Positions 16,982-26,832 are shown, counted from the first letter of the stretch. The stretch: 60,791 nt of DNA from a bacterium (GCA_026986155.1 JALSPC010000016.1:1-60791), one strand, 5' to 3'. The notes: a model not told the origin generated them from the sequence alone. Numbers and translations: made by a program.

Positions 16982-17011
16982 TTGACGATATATACCACAA
17001 TGTGGTATATA
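16982..17011 (+). promoter_or_regulatory. Sigma70-type promoter candidate for metYXW with an embedded palindromic operator
   Basis: TTGACG, a 17-18 nt spacer, then GTATAT or TATATA. The spacer carries the perfect palindrome ATATACCACA-A-TGTGGTATAT at 16990..17010. Confidence 0.5.
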
Positions 17012-17049
17012 TCCGGGCAAATTTTCAAATCAATGAAAGGAGAAAGCTA

Positions 17050-18339
17050 ATGGCGGACAATGGATACAGGTTTGACACGTTAACGATTCACGCAGGTTCC
17101 ACGATAGACGAGACCGGGGCTCGCGCGACACCTGTTTACCGAACCAGTTCTTACATGTTCAAGAACACCCAGCACGCGGCGGATCTCTTCGCCCTTAAAC
17201 AACCGGGAAACATCTATTCACGGATTATGAACCCCACCCACGACATCCTCGAAAAAAGAATGGCGGCCCTGGAGGGAGGCGCGGGAGCCTTGGCGACGGC
17301 TTCCGGCACCTCCGCCATTTTCTACACGGCCGTAAACATCTGCGGCATGGGGGATGAGATCGTCTCGGCGAACAACCTCTATGGGGGAACATACACCATG
17401 TTCGACGCTATTCTTCCTGAAATGGGAATCTCCACGAGATTCGTGGACCCCTCAGACCCGGCAAACTTCGAACACGCGATAAGGGAAAGAACACGAATGC
17501 TTTACGTCGAATCGATAGGAAATCCCGCCCTTGACGTGGCGGATATCGAAGCGGTTTCCGAAATAGCAAAAAAATACCATCTTCCCCTCGTGGTCGATTC
17601 CACCTTCACAACCCCGTACCTCCTCCGTCCCCTTGAATCCGGAGCCGATATCGTGGTTCACTCGCTGACAAAGTGGCTCGGGGGGCACGGCACGGGCATC
17701 GGGGGAATCGTGGTGGACGGCGGACATTTCGATTGGACCGACAAAAAATTCCGCCTCTACAACGACCCCGACCCTTCATACCACGATCTCCGGTGGGCCC
17801 ACGACCTGGATGATTCAACCCCCCTGGCATTCATCCTCCGCATGAGGCTCGTTCCCCTGAGAAACCTGGGCGCGTGCATCAGCCCGGACAACGCCTGGAT
17901 ATTTCTCCAGGGCATCGAGACGCTCCCCCTCAGGATGCAGCGCCATTGCGACAACGCCATGAAGGTTGCCGGGTTCCTGAAAAACCATCCCCGCGTGCGG
18001 TGGGTCCGGTATCCCGGTCTTGAGGATGATCCCGCCCATCCCGCGGCTTCCAGGCAGTTCAAAAACGGCTTCGGTGGCATGGTCGTCTTCGGCATCGAGG
18101 GAGGGAAGGCCGCCGGGGAAAGCTTCATCAACAATCTTCGTCTCATCTCCCACCTTGCCAACGTGGGAGACGCGAAGACCCTGGCCATTCACCCCGCCTC
18201 CACGACCCACTCGCAGCTATCCGAAGAGCAACAGCAGGGAAGCGGTATAACTCCGGATCTCATCAGGCTTTCCGTGGGGCTCGAATGCGTGGAAGACATC
18301 CTCGAAGACCTCGAACAGGCCCTGGGAAAAACGGATTGA
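17050..18339 (+). CDS. metY: O-acetylhomoserine sulfhydrylase
   Basis: Start at MADNGYRFDTLTIHAG with an AAAGGAG SD. PLP-lysine motif HSLTKWLGGHG. Confidence 0.9.
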   Translation: MADNGYRFDTLTIHAGSTIDETGARATPVYRTSSYMFKNTQHAADLFALKQPGNIYSRIMNPTHDILEKRMAALEGGAGALATASGTSAIFYTAVNICGMGDEIVSANNLYGGTYTMFDAILPEMGISTRFVDPSDPANFEHAIRERTRMLYVESIGNPALDVADIEAVSEIAKKYHLPLVVDSTFTTPYLLRPLESGADIVVHSLTKWLGGHGTGIGGIVVDGGHFDWTDKKFRLYNDPDPSYHDLRWAHDLDDSTPLAFILRMRLVPLRNLGACISPDNAWIFLQGIETLPLRMQRHCDNAMKVAGFLKNHPRVRWVRYPGLEDDPAHPAASRQFKNGFGGMVVFGIEGGKAAGESFINNLRLISHLANVGDAKTLAIHPASTTHSQLSEEQQQGSGITPDLIRLSVGLECVEDILEDLEQALGKTD

Positions 18340-18362
18340 ACACGCCCGGTCCAGTATGAACC

Positions 18363-19550
18363 ATGAGTGAATACATTGAGCACGATAAAAACGGCGTATC
18401 GGTCGGTGTTGTAGAAAAAAAGTTCTTCACCTTCGCCAAGCCTCCCGATGAAATATGTCTCGAAAGCGGTGCGAAACTCGGCCCTGTCACCCTCGCCTAC
18501 GAAACCTACGGCACCCTGAACGAGGATAAAAACAACGCGATCCTCATCTGTCACGCCCTTTCAGGGGATTCCCACGTGGCCGGGTATTACGCGCCAAGCG
18601 ACCCGAAGCCAGGATGGTGGGACATCATGGTTGGTCCCGGAAAGGGAATCGACACGGACAGGTATTTTGTCGTCTGCTCGAACATCCTGGGAAGCTGCAA
18701 GGGCTCGACGGGTCCGTGCTCCATCAATCCAAAAACGAACAGGCCGTACGGTCTCGACTTTCCCGTCATAACCATCGGGGACATGGTCAAGGCCCAGAAA
18801 AGGCTCATTGATCACCTCGGAATAAAGAAAATCCTTTCGATCATCGGTGGTTCCATAGGGGGGATGCAGGCGCTCGAGTGGAGCGTGAGATACCCCGAAG
18901 CCGTTGCCTCCACCGTTGCACTCGCGACGGCCACGAGGCATTCCGCGCTGGCCATCGCCTTCAACGAGGTGGCAAGGCAGGCCATCATGGCGGATCCCAG
19001 TTGGAAAGGGGGAAACTACTACGGGGGCCCCGGGCCGGACACGGGACTCACCGTGGCCAGGATGATCGGGCATATCACCTACCTTTCGGAAGAGGCCATG
19101 AGGGAGAAGTTCGGCCGGCGCCTACAGGGAAGGGAAAAATTCTCTTTCCGATTTGACGCCGATTTCCAAGTGGAAAGCTATCTCCGCCACCAGGGCAGCA
19201 AGTTCGTGGAGCGGTTCGATGCCAATTCCTTTCTCTACGTCACAAAGGCGGCCGATTACTACGACCTGCCCGGCCAGCACGGCTCGGGATCCCTGGTCCA
19301 CGCCTTTGCAAAGGCCAGGGCGAAGTTCCTGGTGGTCTCCTTCACGTCCGACTGGCTCTATCCTACCCGTCACTCGAGGACCATGGTACAGGCCCTCAAA
19401 AAGTGCGGCCGCGACGTAAGTTTCTGCGAAATCGAAGCAAAATGGGGACACGACGCCTTCCTCCTGCCCAATGACCGCCTGGCGGGCCTCCTCAGGGGGT
19501 TCCTGGCGCGCGTCTTTTTTGATGAAAGCAATGGAAAGAATGCGTTTTGA
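18363..19550 (+). CDS. metX: Homoserine O-acetyltransferase
   Basis: 395 aa. ILICHALSGDSHVAG. Nucleophile elbow GGSIGGMQALEW. Confidence 0.92.
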   Translation: MSEYIEHDKNGVSVGVVEKKFFTFAKPPDEICLESGAKLGPVTLAYETYGTLNEDKNNAILICHALSGDSHVAGYYAPSDPKPGWWDIMVGPGKGIDTDRYFVVCSNILGSCKGSTGPCSINPKTNRPYGLDFPVITIGDMVKAQKRLIDHLGIKKILSIIGGSIGGMQALEWSVRYPEAVASTVALATATRHSALAIAFNEVARQAIMADPSWKGGNYYGGPGPDTGLTVARMIGHITYLSEEAMREKFGRRLQGREKFSFRFDADFQVESYLRHQGSKFVERFDANSFLYVTKAADYYDLPGQHGSGSLVHAFAKARAKFLVVSFTSDWLYPTRHSRTMVQALKKCGRDVSFCEIEAKWGHDAFLLPNDRLAGLLRGFLARVFFDESNGKNAF

Positions 19551-20163
19551 CCTGGAAACCATCGCGTCCTTCATTGAGCCCGGCGCCACGGTTTTGGATC
19601 TCGGCTGCGGGGACGGTGACCTTCTCTACTTCCTGAAAAAAGAGAAGAAGATTGAGGGTATAGGCATCGAGAAAGATGAAGCGAAAGTCGCTCGTTGCAT
19701 CGAACGGGGGATTCCCGTGATTCATGGCGACATCAACAAAGAGATCCTCGACTACCCGGCCAACGCCTTTGACTATGTGATCTTGAGCCGAACGCTCCAG
19801 CAGGTATATGATCCGGCGGGACTCATTCATTCTATGCTGCGCGTGGGGAAAAAAGGAATCGTCAGTTTCCCCAATTTCGGCCACTGGCGCGTTCGCTGGC
19901 AGCTGCTTTATACGGGACACACTCCCGTCACGCGGCAGCTTCCCTACGAATGGCACGACACCCCGAACATCAGGGTTATTACGCTGAAGGATTTCCGAAA
20001 ATTTTCCAGAGACACGGGATTCCGAATCCTGAAAATTTCCGGACTCGTCATGGAGAAGGAGAACGCCGGGGGACGCGTAGTGAGATTTTTCCCAAACCTG
20101 CGGGCTGCCTACGGAATCTTTCTCATCGGGAAGAAACTTCCTTACGAGTCACCCGATAGTTAG
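19540..20163 (+). CDS. metW: Methionine biosynthesis protein MetW
   Basis: MRFDLETIASFIEPGATVLDLGCGDGDLL matches the usual MetW N-terminus. In-frame ATGs at 19522 and 19531 are alternatives. It overlaps the metX stop. Confidence 0.85.
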   Translation: MRFDLETIASFIEPGATVLDLGCGDGDLLYFLKKEKKIEGIGIEKDEAKVARCIERGIPVIHGDINKEILDYPANAFDYVILSRTLQQVYDPAGLIHSMLRVGKKGIVSFPNFGHWRVRWQLLYTGHTPVTRQLPYEWHDTPNIRVITLKDFRKFSRDTGFRILKISGLVMEKENAGGRVVRFFPNLRAAYGIFLIGKKLPYESPDS

Positions 20164-20204
20164 ATTCAATCTATCTGTCGGGGTACCCTAATCCCATGTT
20201 GACC

Positions 20205-21299
20205 TCAGCCGATGGCCTCTTCCGTGTCGGCGTCGAAGAAATGGAGGTTCTCAAGCCGGGCCTTGAGAAGGATGTCCTGCTTCGTCTTGACGCGGCTCTG
20301 GGGGGAGATGGAGGCCAAAAGGTCGCGTCCGCCCACGCGCACGTCCACGTAGATCTGGTTTCCCACGGGTTGGACCACCTCCACGAAGGCCGTGAAGGCA
20401 CCGGGGGCGTCGGGGAACTCAGTCTCCGAGAGGTCTTCCGGCCGCACGCCCAGGGTGATTTCCCTTCCCGCGTAGGGCGCGAGCGCCTCCCGTTTCTCCG
20501 CGGCGACGGGGAGCCTGAGTCCCTCGGTAATGACGAAAAGGTCCTCCCCTTCCTTCTCCACACGCACGCCCTCGATGAAGTTCATGGTGGGTGACCCGAT
20601 GAACCCGGCCACGAAACGGTTCACGGGATGCATGTAGATCTCGAGTGGTTCTCCCACCTGCTGGACCCGGCCGTCCTTCATGACGACGATACGGTCTCCC
20701 ATGGTCATGGCCTCGATCTGATCGTGAGTGACGTAGATACTCGTGGTTCCTATTTGTTCGTGAAGTTTCTTCAGCTCCAGGCGCATCTGGACCCTCAGTT
20801 TGGCGTCCAAATTGGAGAGGGGCTCGTCGAAGAGATAGACCTTGGGGGTTCGGACGATGGCCCGTCCCAGGGCCACGCGCTGGCGCTGCCCTCCCGAAAG
20901 CTCCTTAGGTTTCCTCTTGAGGAAATCGAGAATCCCCAGCATGGCGGCGGTCTCCCCGACCCGCCGGTCGATCTCGTCCTTGGGGACCTTCTTGAGCTTC
21001 AGCCCGAAGGCCATGTTCTGGTAGACGGACATGTGGGGATAGAGGGCGTAGTTCTGGAAGACCATGGCGATGTCCCGGTCCTTGGGAGGCACATGGTTGA
21101 CCTTCCGGTCGTCGATGAAGATCTCCCCGGAGGTGATGTCCTCCAGCCCGGCGATCATGCGCAGCGTTGTAGTCTTGCCGCATCCGCTGGGTCCCACGAA
21201 GACCATGAATTCCCCGTGCCGGATGGTCAGGGAGAAGTCATCCACGGCAACGACGTCCCCGAATTTCTTACCCACGTTCTTCAGAACCACTTCGGCCAT
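20205..21299 (-). CDS. Sugar ABC transporter ATP-binding protein (MalK/UgpC type)
   Basis: 364 aa. Walker A GPSGCGKTT. Signature LSGGQRQRVALGRA. C-terminal TOBE-like domain. Confidence 0.9.
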   Translation of the reverse strand: MAEVVLKNVGKKFGDVVAVDDFSLTIRHGEFMVFVGPSGCGKTTTLRMIAGLEDITSGEIFIDDRKVNHVPPKDRDIAMVFQNYALYPHMSVYQNMAFGLKLKKVPKDEIDRRVGETAAMLGILDFLKRKPKELSGGQRQRVALGRAIVRTPKVYLFDEPLSNLDAKLRVQMRLELKKLHEQIGTTSIYVTHDQIEAMTMGDRIVVMKDGRVQQVGEPLEIYMHPVNRFVAGFIGSPTMNFIEGVRVEKEGEDLFVITEGLRLPVAAEKREALAPYAGREITLGVRPEDLSETEFPDAPGAFTAFVEVVQPVGNQIYVDVRVGGRDLLASISPQSRVKTKQDILLKARLENLHFFDADTEEAIG

Positions 21300-21305
21300 A
21301 CGCAG

Positions 21306-22145
21306 CTACTCCTTCAACGCCCCGGTGATGCCCGCGACGTAGTATTCCACAAAGAATGAATAGACCAGCGCCACGGGGACGCTCCCGAAGAGGGCCCCCG
21401 CCATCAGGGGTCCCCAATGATAGACATCGCCCCGCACCAGCTCGGTGACAAGGCCCACCGAGACGGTCTTTTTCAAGCTCGAAGAGATGAAGGTGAGGGC
21501 GTAGAGATACTCGTTCCACGAGAGGGTGAAGGCAAAGATGCCGGCCGAGAGAATCCCCGGGAGGGAAAGGGGGATGATCACCCGCCAGAAAATCCACATG
21601 CGGCTTGCCCCGTCCATCATGGCGCACTCCTCCAGCTCCTTGGGAATGGAGTTGAAATAGCCCATCAAGAGCCAGGTGCAGAATGGGATGAGAAAGGTGG
21701 GATAGATGAGGGACAAGGCCCAGAGGGAATCCCACAGGTGGAGCTTGAAGATCATGGTGGCCAGGGGGATAAACAGGATGGTGGGCGGCACCAGGTAGCA
21801 AAAGAAGATGCCGATCCCCATCAGGTTGGACCCCTTGAAGCGGATCCGCTGGATGCCGTAGGCGGCAAGCAGGCTCGCCGAAAGGGAGATAACGGTCGAG
21901 GTAATGGCCACGAAAAAGGTATTGTAGAGCCAGCGAAGAAAGCGCGTCTCGAAAAAGAGGTGCTTCAGGTTGGCAAGCGACCAGGTATGAATGAGAAAGG
22001 GATTGAGCTTTAGGTTGTAGAGCTCCACGTCCGATTTGAAGGTGGTGGCGAACATCCAGTAGAACGGGAAGAGGAGGAAGACGAGGAACAAGAAGAGCGG
22101 GAGATAGAACCGGAAGAACTTTTCTCTCTGTTTTTGTGGCATCAT
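21306..22145 (-). CDS. Sugar ABC transporter permease (CUT1 family)
   Basis: True start at MMPQKQREKFF, in an ATGA overlap with the upstream permease. EAA loop ECAMMDGASRMWIFWRVIIPLSLP. The 93-aa N-terminal extension in the track is rejected. Confidence 0.85.
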   Translation of the reverse strand: MMPQKQREKFFRFYLPLFLFLVFLLFPFYWMFATTFKSDVELYNLKLNPFLIHTWSLANLKHLFFETRFLRWLYNTFFVAITSTVISLSASLLAAYGIQRIRFKGSNLMGIGIFFCYLVPPTILFIPLATMIFKLHLWDSLWALSLIYPTFLIPFCTWLLMGYFNSIPKELEECAMMDGASRMWIFWRVIIPLSLPGILSAGIFAFTLSWNEYLYALTFISSSLKKTVSVGLVTELVRGDVYHWGPLMAGALFGSVPVALVYSFFVEYYVAGITGALKE

Positions 22146-23062
22146 CACGCTTCCCGCTTGAGAAACTTTGAGGTTATGACGACGCTGATGAAGAGGACGG
22201 GAAAGATGAAGGCCGAAATGGCCGCCCCCTCGCCCAGGTGTCCCCCCGCGATGGCCCGCTGGAAGGAAAAGGTGCCGAAGATGTGGGTCGCGTTGTCGGG
22301 GCCTCCCCGGGTCATGATCCAGATAAGCTGGAAGTCCGCGAAGGTCCAGATGATGGAAAAGGTGGTGATCACCGCCAGGAGGGGCATGATGAGGGGCAGC
22401 GTGATGCTTTTGAATTTCACCCACGGGGTCGCCCCGTCAATGTCCGCCGCCTCGTACAAGGTCTGGTTGATGGTCTGGAGACCCGCCATCAGGCCGATGG
22501 TAAAGAAGGGAATCCCCCGCCAGATGTTGACGATGATGACCGATATCCTCGCGTTGACGGGACTTCCGAGAAAATCGATGGGATGGCTCATGAGGCCCAG
22601 ATGCATCAAGAGCCAGCTGATACAGGAAAAGTTCGAATCGAAGATCCACCAAAAGGCGATGGTGGACAGAGCGGTGGGGACGATCCATGGCAGCAGCACG
22701 ATAGCACGGATGAGCCCCTTCCCCTTGAAATCCTTATTCAGGACGATGGCCAGGCCAAACCCTAGAATCAGCTTGAAGAAGACGGCGACGACGGTGTAGA
22801 GCACCGTGTTGAACGCCGTCAGCCAGAAGACATCACTGTGGAACAGGTCGATGTAGTTTTCCAGCCCCACGAAGGAACCGGACCGCCCGATAATCGTGTT
22901 GGTGAAGGAAAGCCAGATTCCCAGGACGAAGGGATAGGCGAGGAGGAGAAGCAGGATGATGTCAGCGGGAAGGGTAAAGAGGAATCCCAAGACCCCCTTC
23001 CTCTGAAGCAGGCCGACGGGAGGGGCCTTCAGCGCCCCTCCCCCGGCGTTTCCCGATCGCAT
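22145..23062 (-). CDS. Sugar ABC transporter permease (CUT1 family)
   Basis: Start at MRSGNAGGG. EAA loop EAADIDGATPWVKFKSITLPLIMP. Confidence 0.85.
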   Translation of the reverse strand: MRSGNAGGGALKAPPVGLLQRKGVLGFLFTLPADIILLLLLAYPFVLGIWLSFTNTIIGRSGSFVGLENYIDLFHSDVFWLTAFNTVLYTVVAVFFKLILGFGLAIVLNKDFKGKGLIRAIVLLPWIVPTALSTIAFWWIFDSNFSCISWLLMHLGLMSHPIDFLGSPVNARISVIIVNIWRGIPFFTIGLMAGLQTINQTLYEAADIDGATPWVKFKSITLPLIMPLLAVITTFSIIWTFADFQLIWIMTRGGPDNATHIFGTFSFQRAIAGGHLGEGAAISAFIFPVLFISVVITSKFLKREA

Positions 23063-23096
23063 CACCCGCGTTCCTTCCCCGCCTGTCCCTTTACGC

Positions 23097-24461
23097 TCAG
23101 CGGTAGAATTTCTTGAGTTTTCTCTCTGCGGCGGCGGCGGCGGCCTTGGGGGACTTTCCACCCACACAGACATCCGCGAACATATCCACGATGACGTATT
23201 CGCTCATGGCCGCGGCGGAGGCCGGTCCCAGGGGTCCCGCGTAGCCGTTCCAGAGCATCCGTTTCACGCAGTCGCGATACGGGGTGATCCGCGGGTCCTT
23301 CTTCCAGGCGGGGAGATTGTAGTAGTCCTTGAGGGTTTGGGTGATGTATCCCCAGGTCTCGCTCTCCCATTTGCCGTACTGGGCCTTTTCGAACATGAAG
23401 GTGAGGTAGTGCTTGGCCGCGTTGGGCACAGGCGTGTGTTTGAAGATGAAGGCCTGGCTGATCATGGACAATTCCGCGGGATGGCCCACCGGCCCCACGG
23501 GAAAGTTCATGGTCATCAGGTCTTTGTTGATCTCTGGGAATTTCTTCCTGGAGGCGTAGAAGATGCTGTTCCCGTTGGATGTCACGGAAATCTGGCCCGA
23601 CAGGAAGGCCTTGTTGTTGTGGGGATCCAGCCACGAAGCCACGCCGGGGATCATGGTCTCGTAGAGTTCCTTCGCCGCGTCGAGCGCCTGGAGGGTCTCC
23701 TTGCTGTTGATGGCGATGGTCTTGCCGTCCTTTTCCACCGCCTTGCCGCCGAAGGACCAGAGCCACCAGTGGGTCCAGGTGTTTCCGTCACCGACGGCGT
23801 GTCCCAGGGCGAACCCCGTGGGATGTCCCTTCGCTTTCAGTTTTTTGCAGCACTTGATGAAGCCCTCGATATCCGAGGGGAGCTTCTCATAGCCCGCCTC
23901 CTTGACCCAGCTCACGCGGTAGTTGATGCAGATTCCCGCGCTGCCGATGGGAAGGGCGATCCACTTGTCCGTCCCGTAGAGTTTCCCATACATCTCGCAG
24001 ACGGGATACCATCCCCCGTACTTCTTGCCGAGGTAGGTGGCCACGTCGGAAACATCCAGGAGTTTGTCGGGATAGAGGTGGGGGTCATCATACCACCCGA
24101 GGACGATGTCGTGACCCGCGCCGACGGAGGCCTCCATGGCCGCTTTGGAACGAACGTCCTCCCAGGAGAGGTATTCCGTCACAACCTTGCCGCCCGTTTC
24201 CTTCTCCCACTTCTTCGTGTTGGCGTTCCAGATCTGCTCGTCGCTCTTGACAAACCCGGACCAGCGCAGGACCTTCACCACGGGGTTTTTCTCCAGTTTG
24301 AAGGTGGGGGCCTTCACCTCCGCCGCCAGGGCGGGATTCCACTGGAACAGGGAATCCATCGACAGGGTGGCCAGGCCGGCGCCCGCCAGTCCCGCGGCGG
24401 ATTTCTTGATGAAGTCCCTTCGACTGACTTTCTTCCCTTCCTTTTTCTTCCTCTCTGACAT
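23097..24461 (-). CDS. Extracellular solute-binding protein with a twin-arginine signal
   Basis: 454 aa. SRRDFIKKSAAGLAGAGLA Tat-type signal. SBP family 1-like. GGAGGG SD. Confidence 0.85.
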   Translation of the reverse strand: MSERKKKEGKKVSRRDFIKKSAAGLAGAGLATLSMDSLFQWNPALAAEVKAPTFKLEKNPVVKVLRWSGFVKSDEQIWNANTKKWEKETGGKVVTEYLSWEDVRSKAAMEASVGAGHDIVLGWYDDPHLYPDKLLDVSDVATYLGKKYGGWYPVCEMYGKLYGTDKWIALPIGSAGICINYRVSWVKEAGYEKLPSDIEGFIKCCKKLKAKGHPTGFALGHAVGDGNTWTHWWLWSFGGKAVEKDGKTIAINSKETLQALDAAKELYETMIPGVASWLDPHNNKAFLSGQISVTSNGNSIFYASRKKFPEINKDLMTMNFPVGPVGHPAELSMISQAFIFKHTPVPNAAKHYLTFMFEKAQYGKWESETWGYITQTLKDYYNLPAWKKDPRITPYRDCVKRMLWNGYAGPLGPASAAAMSEYVIVDMFADVCVGGKSPKAAAAAAERKLKKFYR

Positions 24462-24575
24462 ACAGCCCTCCTTTTCCTAAAGGTTCGTTCCTGGTTTATA
24501 TGTTTCCCATCAAAACCAGATTTATTTACAGAATACCAAAACCCCGTTTTATGTCAACAAGAATCGCGACCGCGG

Positions 24576-24604
24576 TTGAGAAGGACTCTCATGGCTGATA
24601 TAAT
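24576..24604 (+). promoter_or_regulatory. Sigma70-type promoter candidate for the moaD/thiS-like gene
   Basis: TTGAGA, a 17-nt spacer, then TATAAT. Confidence 0.4.
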
Positions 24605-24639
24605 TAAAATTATTTTAACGAAAAATTTGAGGAGGCGGC

Positions 24640-24879
24640 ATGAAGATAAGGGTCAAACTTTTCGCGACCTTTCAGGAATATCTCCCCGAGGGGGCCGGTC
24701 TGGACGGCGTCGAAATCGACGTGGAAGAGGGAACCACGCTCAAGGATATCTACAATATGTTCAAACTGCCGGAAAACGTGCAGAAAATCACCCTCGTGGA
24801 CGGCAAACACCAGAAGGAAGACTATACCGTCACCGAGGGCACCACGGTCAGTGTCTTCCCCCCCATCGCGGGAGGGTAG
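24640..24879 (+). CDS. MoaD/ThiS-family ubiquitin-like sulfur carrier
   Basis: 79 aa ending in PPIAGG (C-terminal Gly-Gly). GAGGAGG SD. Confidence 0.8.
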   Translation: MKIRVKLFATFQEYLPEGAGLDGVEIDVEEGTTLKDIYNMFKLPENVQKITLVDGKHQKEDYTVTEGTTVSVFPPIAGG

Positions 24880-24960
24880 ATTATTCAGCTTTAAGGCTGT
24901 AGGACAGCCGGTTTGCGGTCTCAAAGGTAGAAGTGTTTCGCGTTGAGATTAAGCCTACAA
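24877..24960. repeat. Degenerate copy of the intergenic palindromic repeat family
   Basis: Shares TAGATTxTT, AGGCTGTAGG and TAGAAGTGTTTYGC with the copies at 45158 and 51940. It fills the convergent moaD-like / mutL spacer. Confidence 0.35.
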
Positions 24961-24965
24961 GTCCA

Positions 24966-26756
24966 TCAACGCGCGAAAATCTTTTCCAGCTCCCTTATCG
25001 TGAGAAAATGAACAAAGGGACGGCCGTGGGGACAAGCGAGGGGAATGCCTTCCCGGATAACCTGATCCAACAGACTGTAGGCCTCGGGAACGGAGACTTC
25101 ATCCTGGCCACGGCTGGCGGCGTGGCAGGCAATGGTAGCCAAAAACCCATCCACACGATTGGAAAGCCCTTCCATGGTGGGGGTTTCCGAAAATTCTTGA
25201 AAAAGCTCCCGAACGAGGGATTCCGCTTCCTCTTGGTTCACCCACTCGGGGAGGGACGTGACGCGAAGAGTCCCTTCCCCGAAGGGTTCCAGGACAATTC
25301 CCATCTTCCGGAGAAGGGGATTGGAAAGGCGGTAGATCTCCGCTTCAGCCGCATCGATGGAAACGACCGCGGGCAGAAGGCAGCGCTGGGACGGCACGGA
25401 ATGGCCGTAGTGCCGCTTTAGGCGTTCGAAAATGAGACGTTCGTGGGCGGCGTGCTTGTCGACAATAAAGATTCCCCCGCCATAGGCAGCCACGACGTAG
25501 GTATTGACCACGACGCCCAGGATTCTATAATCCCGCGGGATCCCTTCCGGCTCATGGCCTGCGCGTTTAACTTGAGATGCCCCATCGAGATCCTCGCGGG
25601 TGCCGTAGCTTTCCAAAGGCGCCTCCAACACTTGGGGAACCAAACGATTCAGAAAATCCTCACCTTGTCCCCGTCTGTCTTTTTTGGTCACGTAACGGGC
25701 CGATGAGAACCGGAGACTGGGATTCGGGGGTTGGTATCTTTCCCCTAGAACCTCTTGAACCGGGTTGGGATGGACGGACAGGGCGGAGGCTATGGCCTTT
25801 TGCAGCCATCCCAGTATCTCGTATTCCTGAGTAAGGCGCACTTCGAACTTGGACGGGTGGACGTTTACGTCTACCAGCCCAGGCGGCAGGTCCAGGCACA
25901 GCACCCCGTCCGGGATATATCCCTTCGGCGCCACAGAACGATAGGCGCTCAAAACAGCGCGAAGGATCTTTCTGTCGGTAATCCAGCGCCGATTCAGGGA
26001 AAAGAAGATTCCCCGCCCCCGGTTCCGGACAAACGGGGGAACCGCAATCAACCCCCAAAGCCGCGCGCCGTTGAATTGCCCGTCCACCGGGACCATGGGC
26101 TGGTCCTGGATATCAGGCCAGATCTGCGTCAGTCTGTCTCCAACCTCCTCAACCACGGGAAGCGCCAAGACGCGCTTTCTCTCCTGAATGACCTCCATCT
26201 GAACCGGAAGGTTTACCAGACTCAGCGCATGTAAGACGCGAAACAGGTGAAATCCCTCCGTCCGGTCGGATTTGAGGAAACGTCGGCGCGCCGGGGTATT
26301 GTAAAAAAGGGTCCGGACACTTACGACTGTTCCAGGTGACATGCCGCAATCCCGGACTTGCCGGATCTTTCCTCCCTCAAGGGTGATTTCCGTTCCCGCC
26401 GCATCTTCCGGCCGCCGGGTCCGAATCGTCATGCGGGACACGGCGGCAATGCTAGGCAAGGCCTCACCCCGAAATCCGAGGGTGGAAACCCGGTGAATGT
26501 CCTCCGCTGATAATATTTTACTGGTAGCGTGCCGCTCGATACACAGGAGGGCGTCTGAACGGGACATGCCGCATCCGTCGTCCTCCACCTCGAGAAGGCG
26601 TTTCCCCATCTTTTCCAGGCGCAGGATGATACGGCGCGCTCCCGCGTCCAGAGAGTTCTCCATTAGCTCCTTCAACACCGACGCGGGACGCTGCACCACT
26701 TCACCCGCGGCGATTTTGTGAATGACCGCCTCGTCCAGAAGATGGATGCGTCCCAT
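24966..26756 (-). CDS. mutL: DNA mismatch repair protein MutL
   Basis: 596 aa. GHKL ATPase N-terminus IAAGEVVQRPASVLKELMENSLDAGA. C-terminal ACPHGRP motif. Confidence 0.95.
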   Translation of the reverse strand: MGRIHLLDEAVIHKIAAGEVVQRPASVLKELMENSLDAGARRIILRLEKMGKRLLEVEDDGCGMSRSDALLCIERHATSKILSAEDIHRVSTLGFRGEALPSIAAVSRMTIRTRRPEDAAGTEITLEGGKIRQVRDCGMSPGTVVSVRTLFYNTPARRRFLKSDRTEGFHLFRVLHALSLVNLPVQMEVIQERKRVLALPVVEEVGDRLTQIWPDIQDQPMVPVDGQFNGARLWGLIAVPPFVRNRGRGIFFSLNRRWITDRKILRAVLSAYRSVAPKGYIPDGVLCLDLPPGLVDVNVHPSKFEVRLTQEYEILGWLQKAIASALSVHPNPVQEVLGERYQPPNPSLRFSSARYVTKKDRRGQGEDFLNRLVPQVLEAPLESYGTREDLDGASQVKRAGHEPEGIPRDYRILGVVVNTYVVAAYGGGIFIVDKHAAHERLIFERLKRHYGHSVPSQRCLLPAVVSIDAAEAEIYRLSNPLLRKMGIVLEPFGEGTLRVTSLPEWVNQEEAESLVRELFQEFSETPTMEGLSNRVDGFLATIACHAASRGQDEVSVPEAYSLLDQVIREGIPLACPHGRPFVHFLTIRELEKIFAR

Positions 26757-26832
26757 AGCGTTTTTAAGGTATCACAACCGAGAATTGGACATCAAGGAAA
26801 AAGTCTGGACTCCAGTAATCGTTCCGGCCCAT

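Noticed and set aside
22146-22424. N-terminal extensions proposed by the track for several genes: 21306..22424, 22145..23173, 52131..53342, 59086..60708, 53451..55712, 15023..16348, 16978..18339, 37954..38478, 38965..39543 and 45222..45752
   Set aside because: The extensions overlap the upstream gene or a repeat element, are Arg/Gly/Pro/His-rich or repeat-derived, and lack an SD. Internal starts have an SD or ATGA coupling and align with the expected family N-termini.
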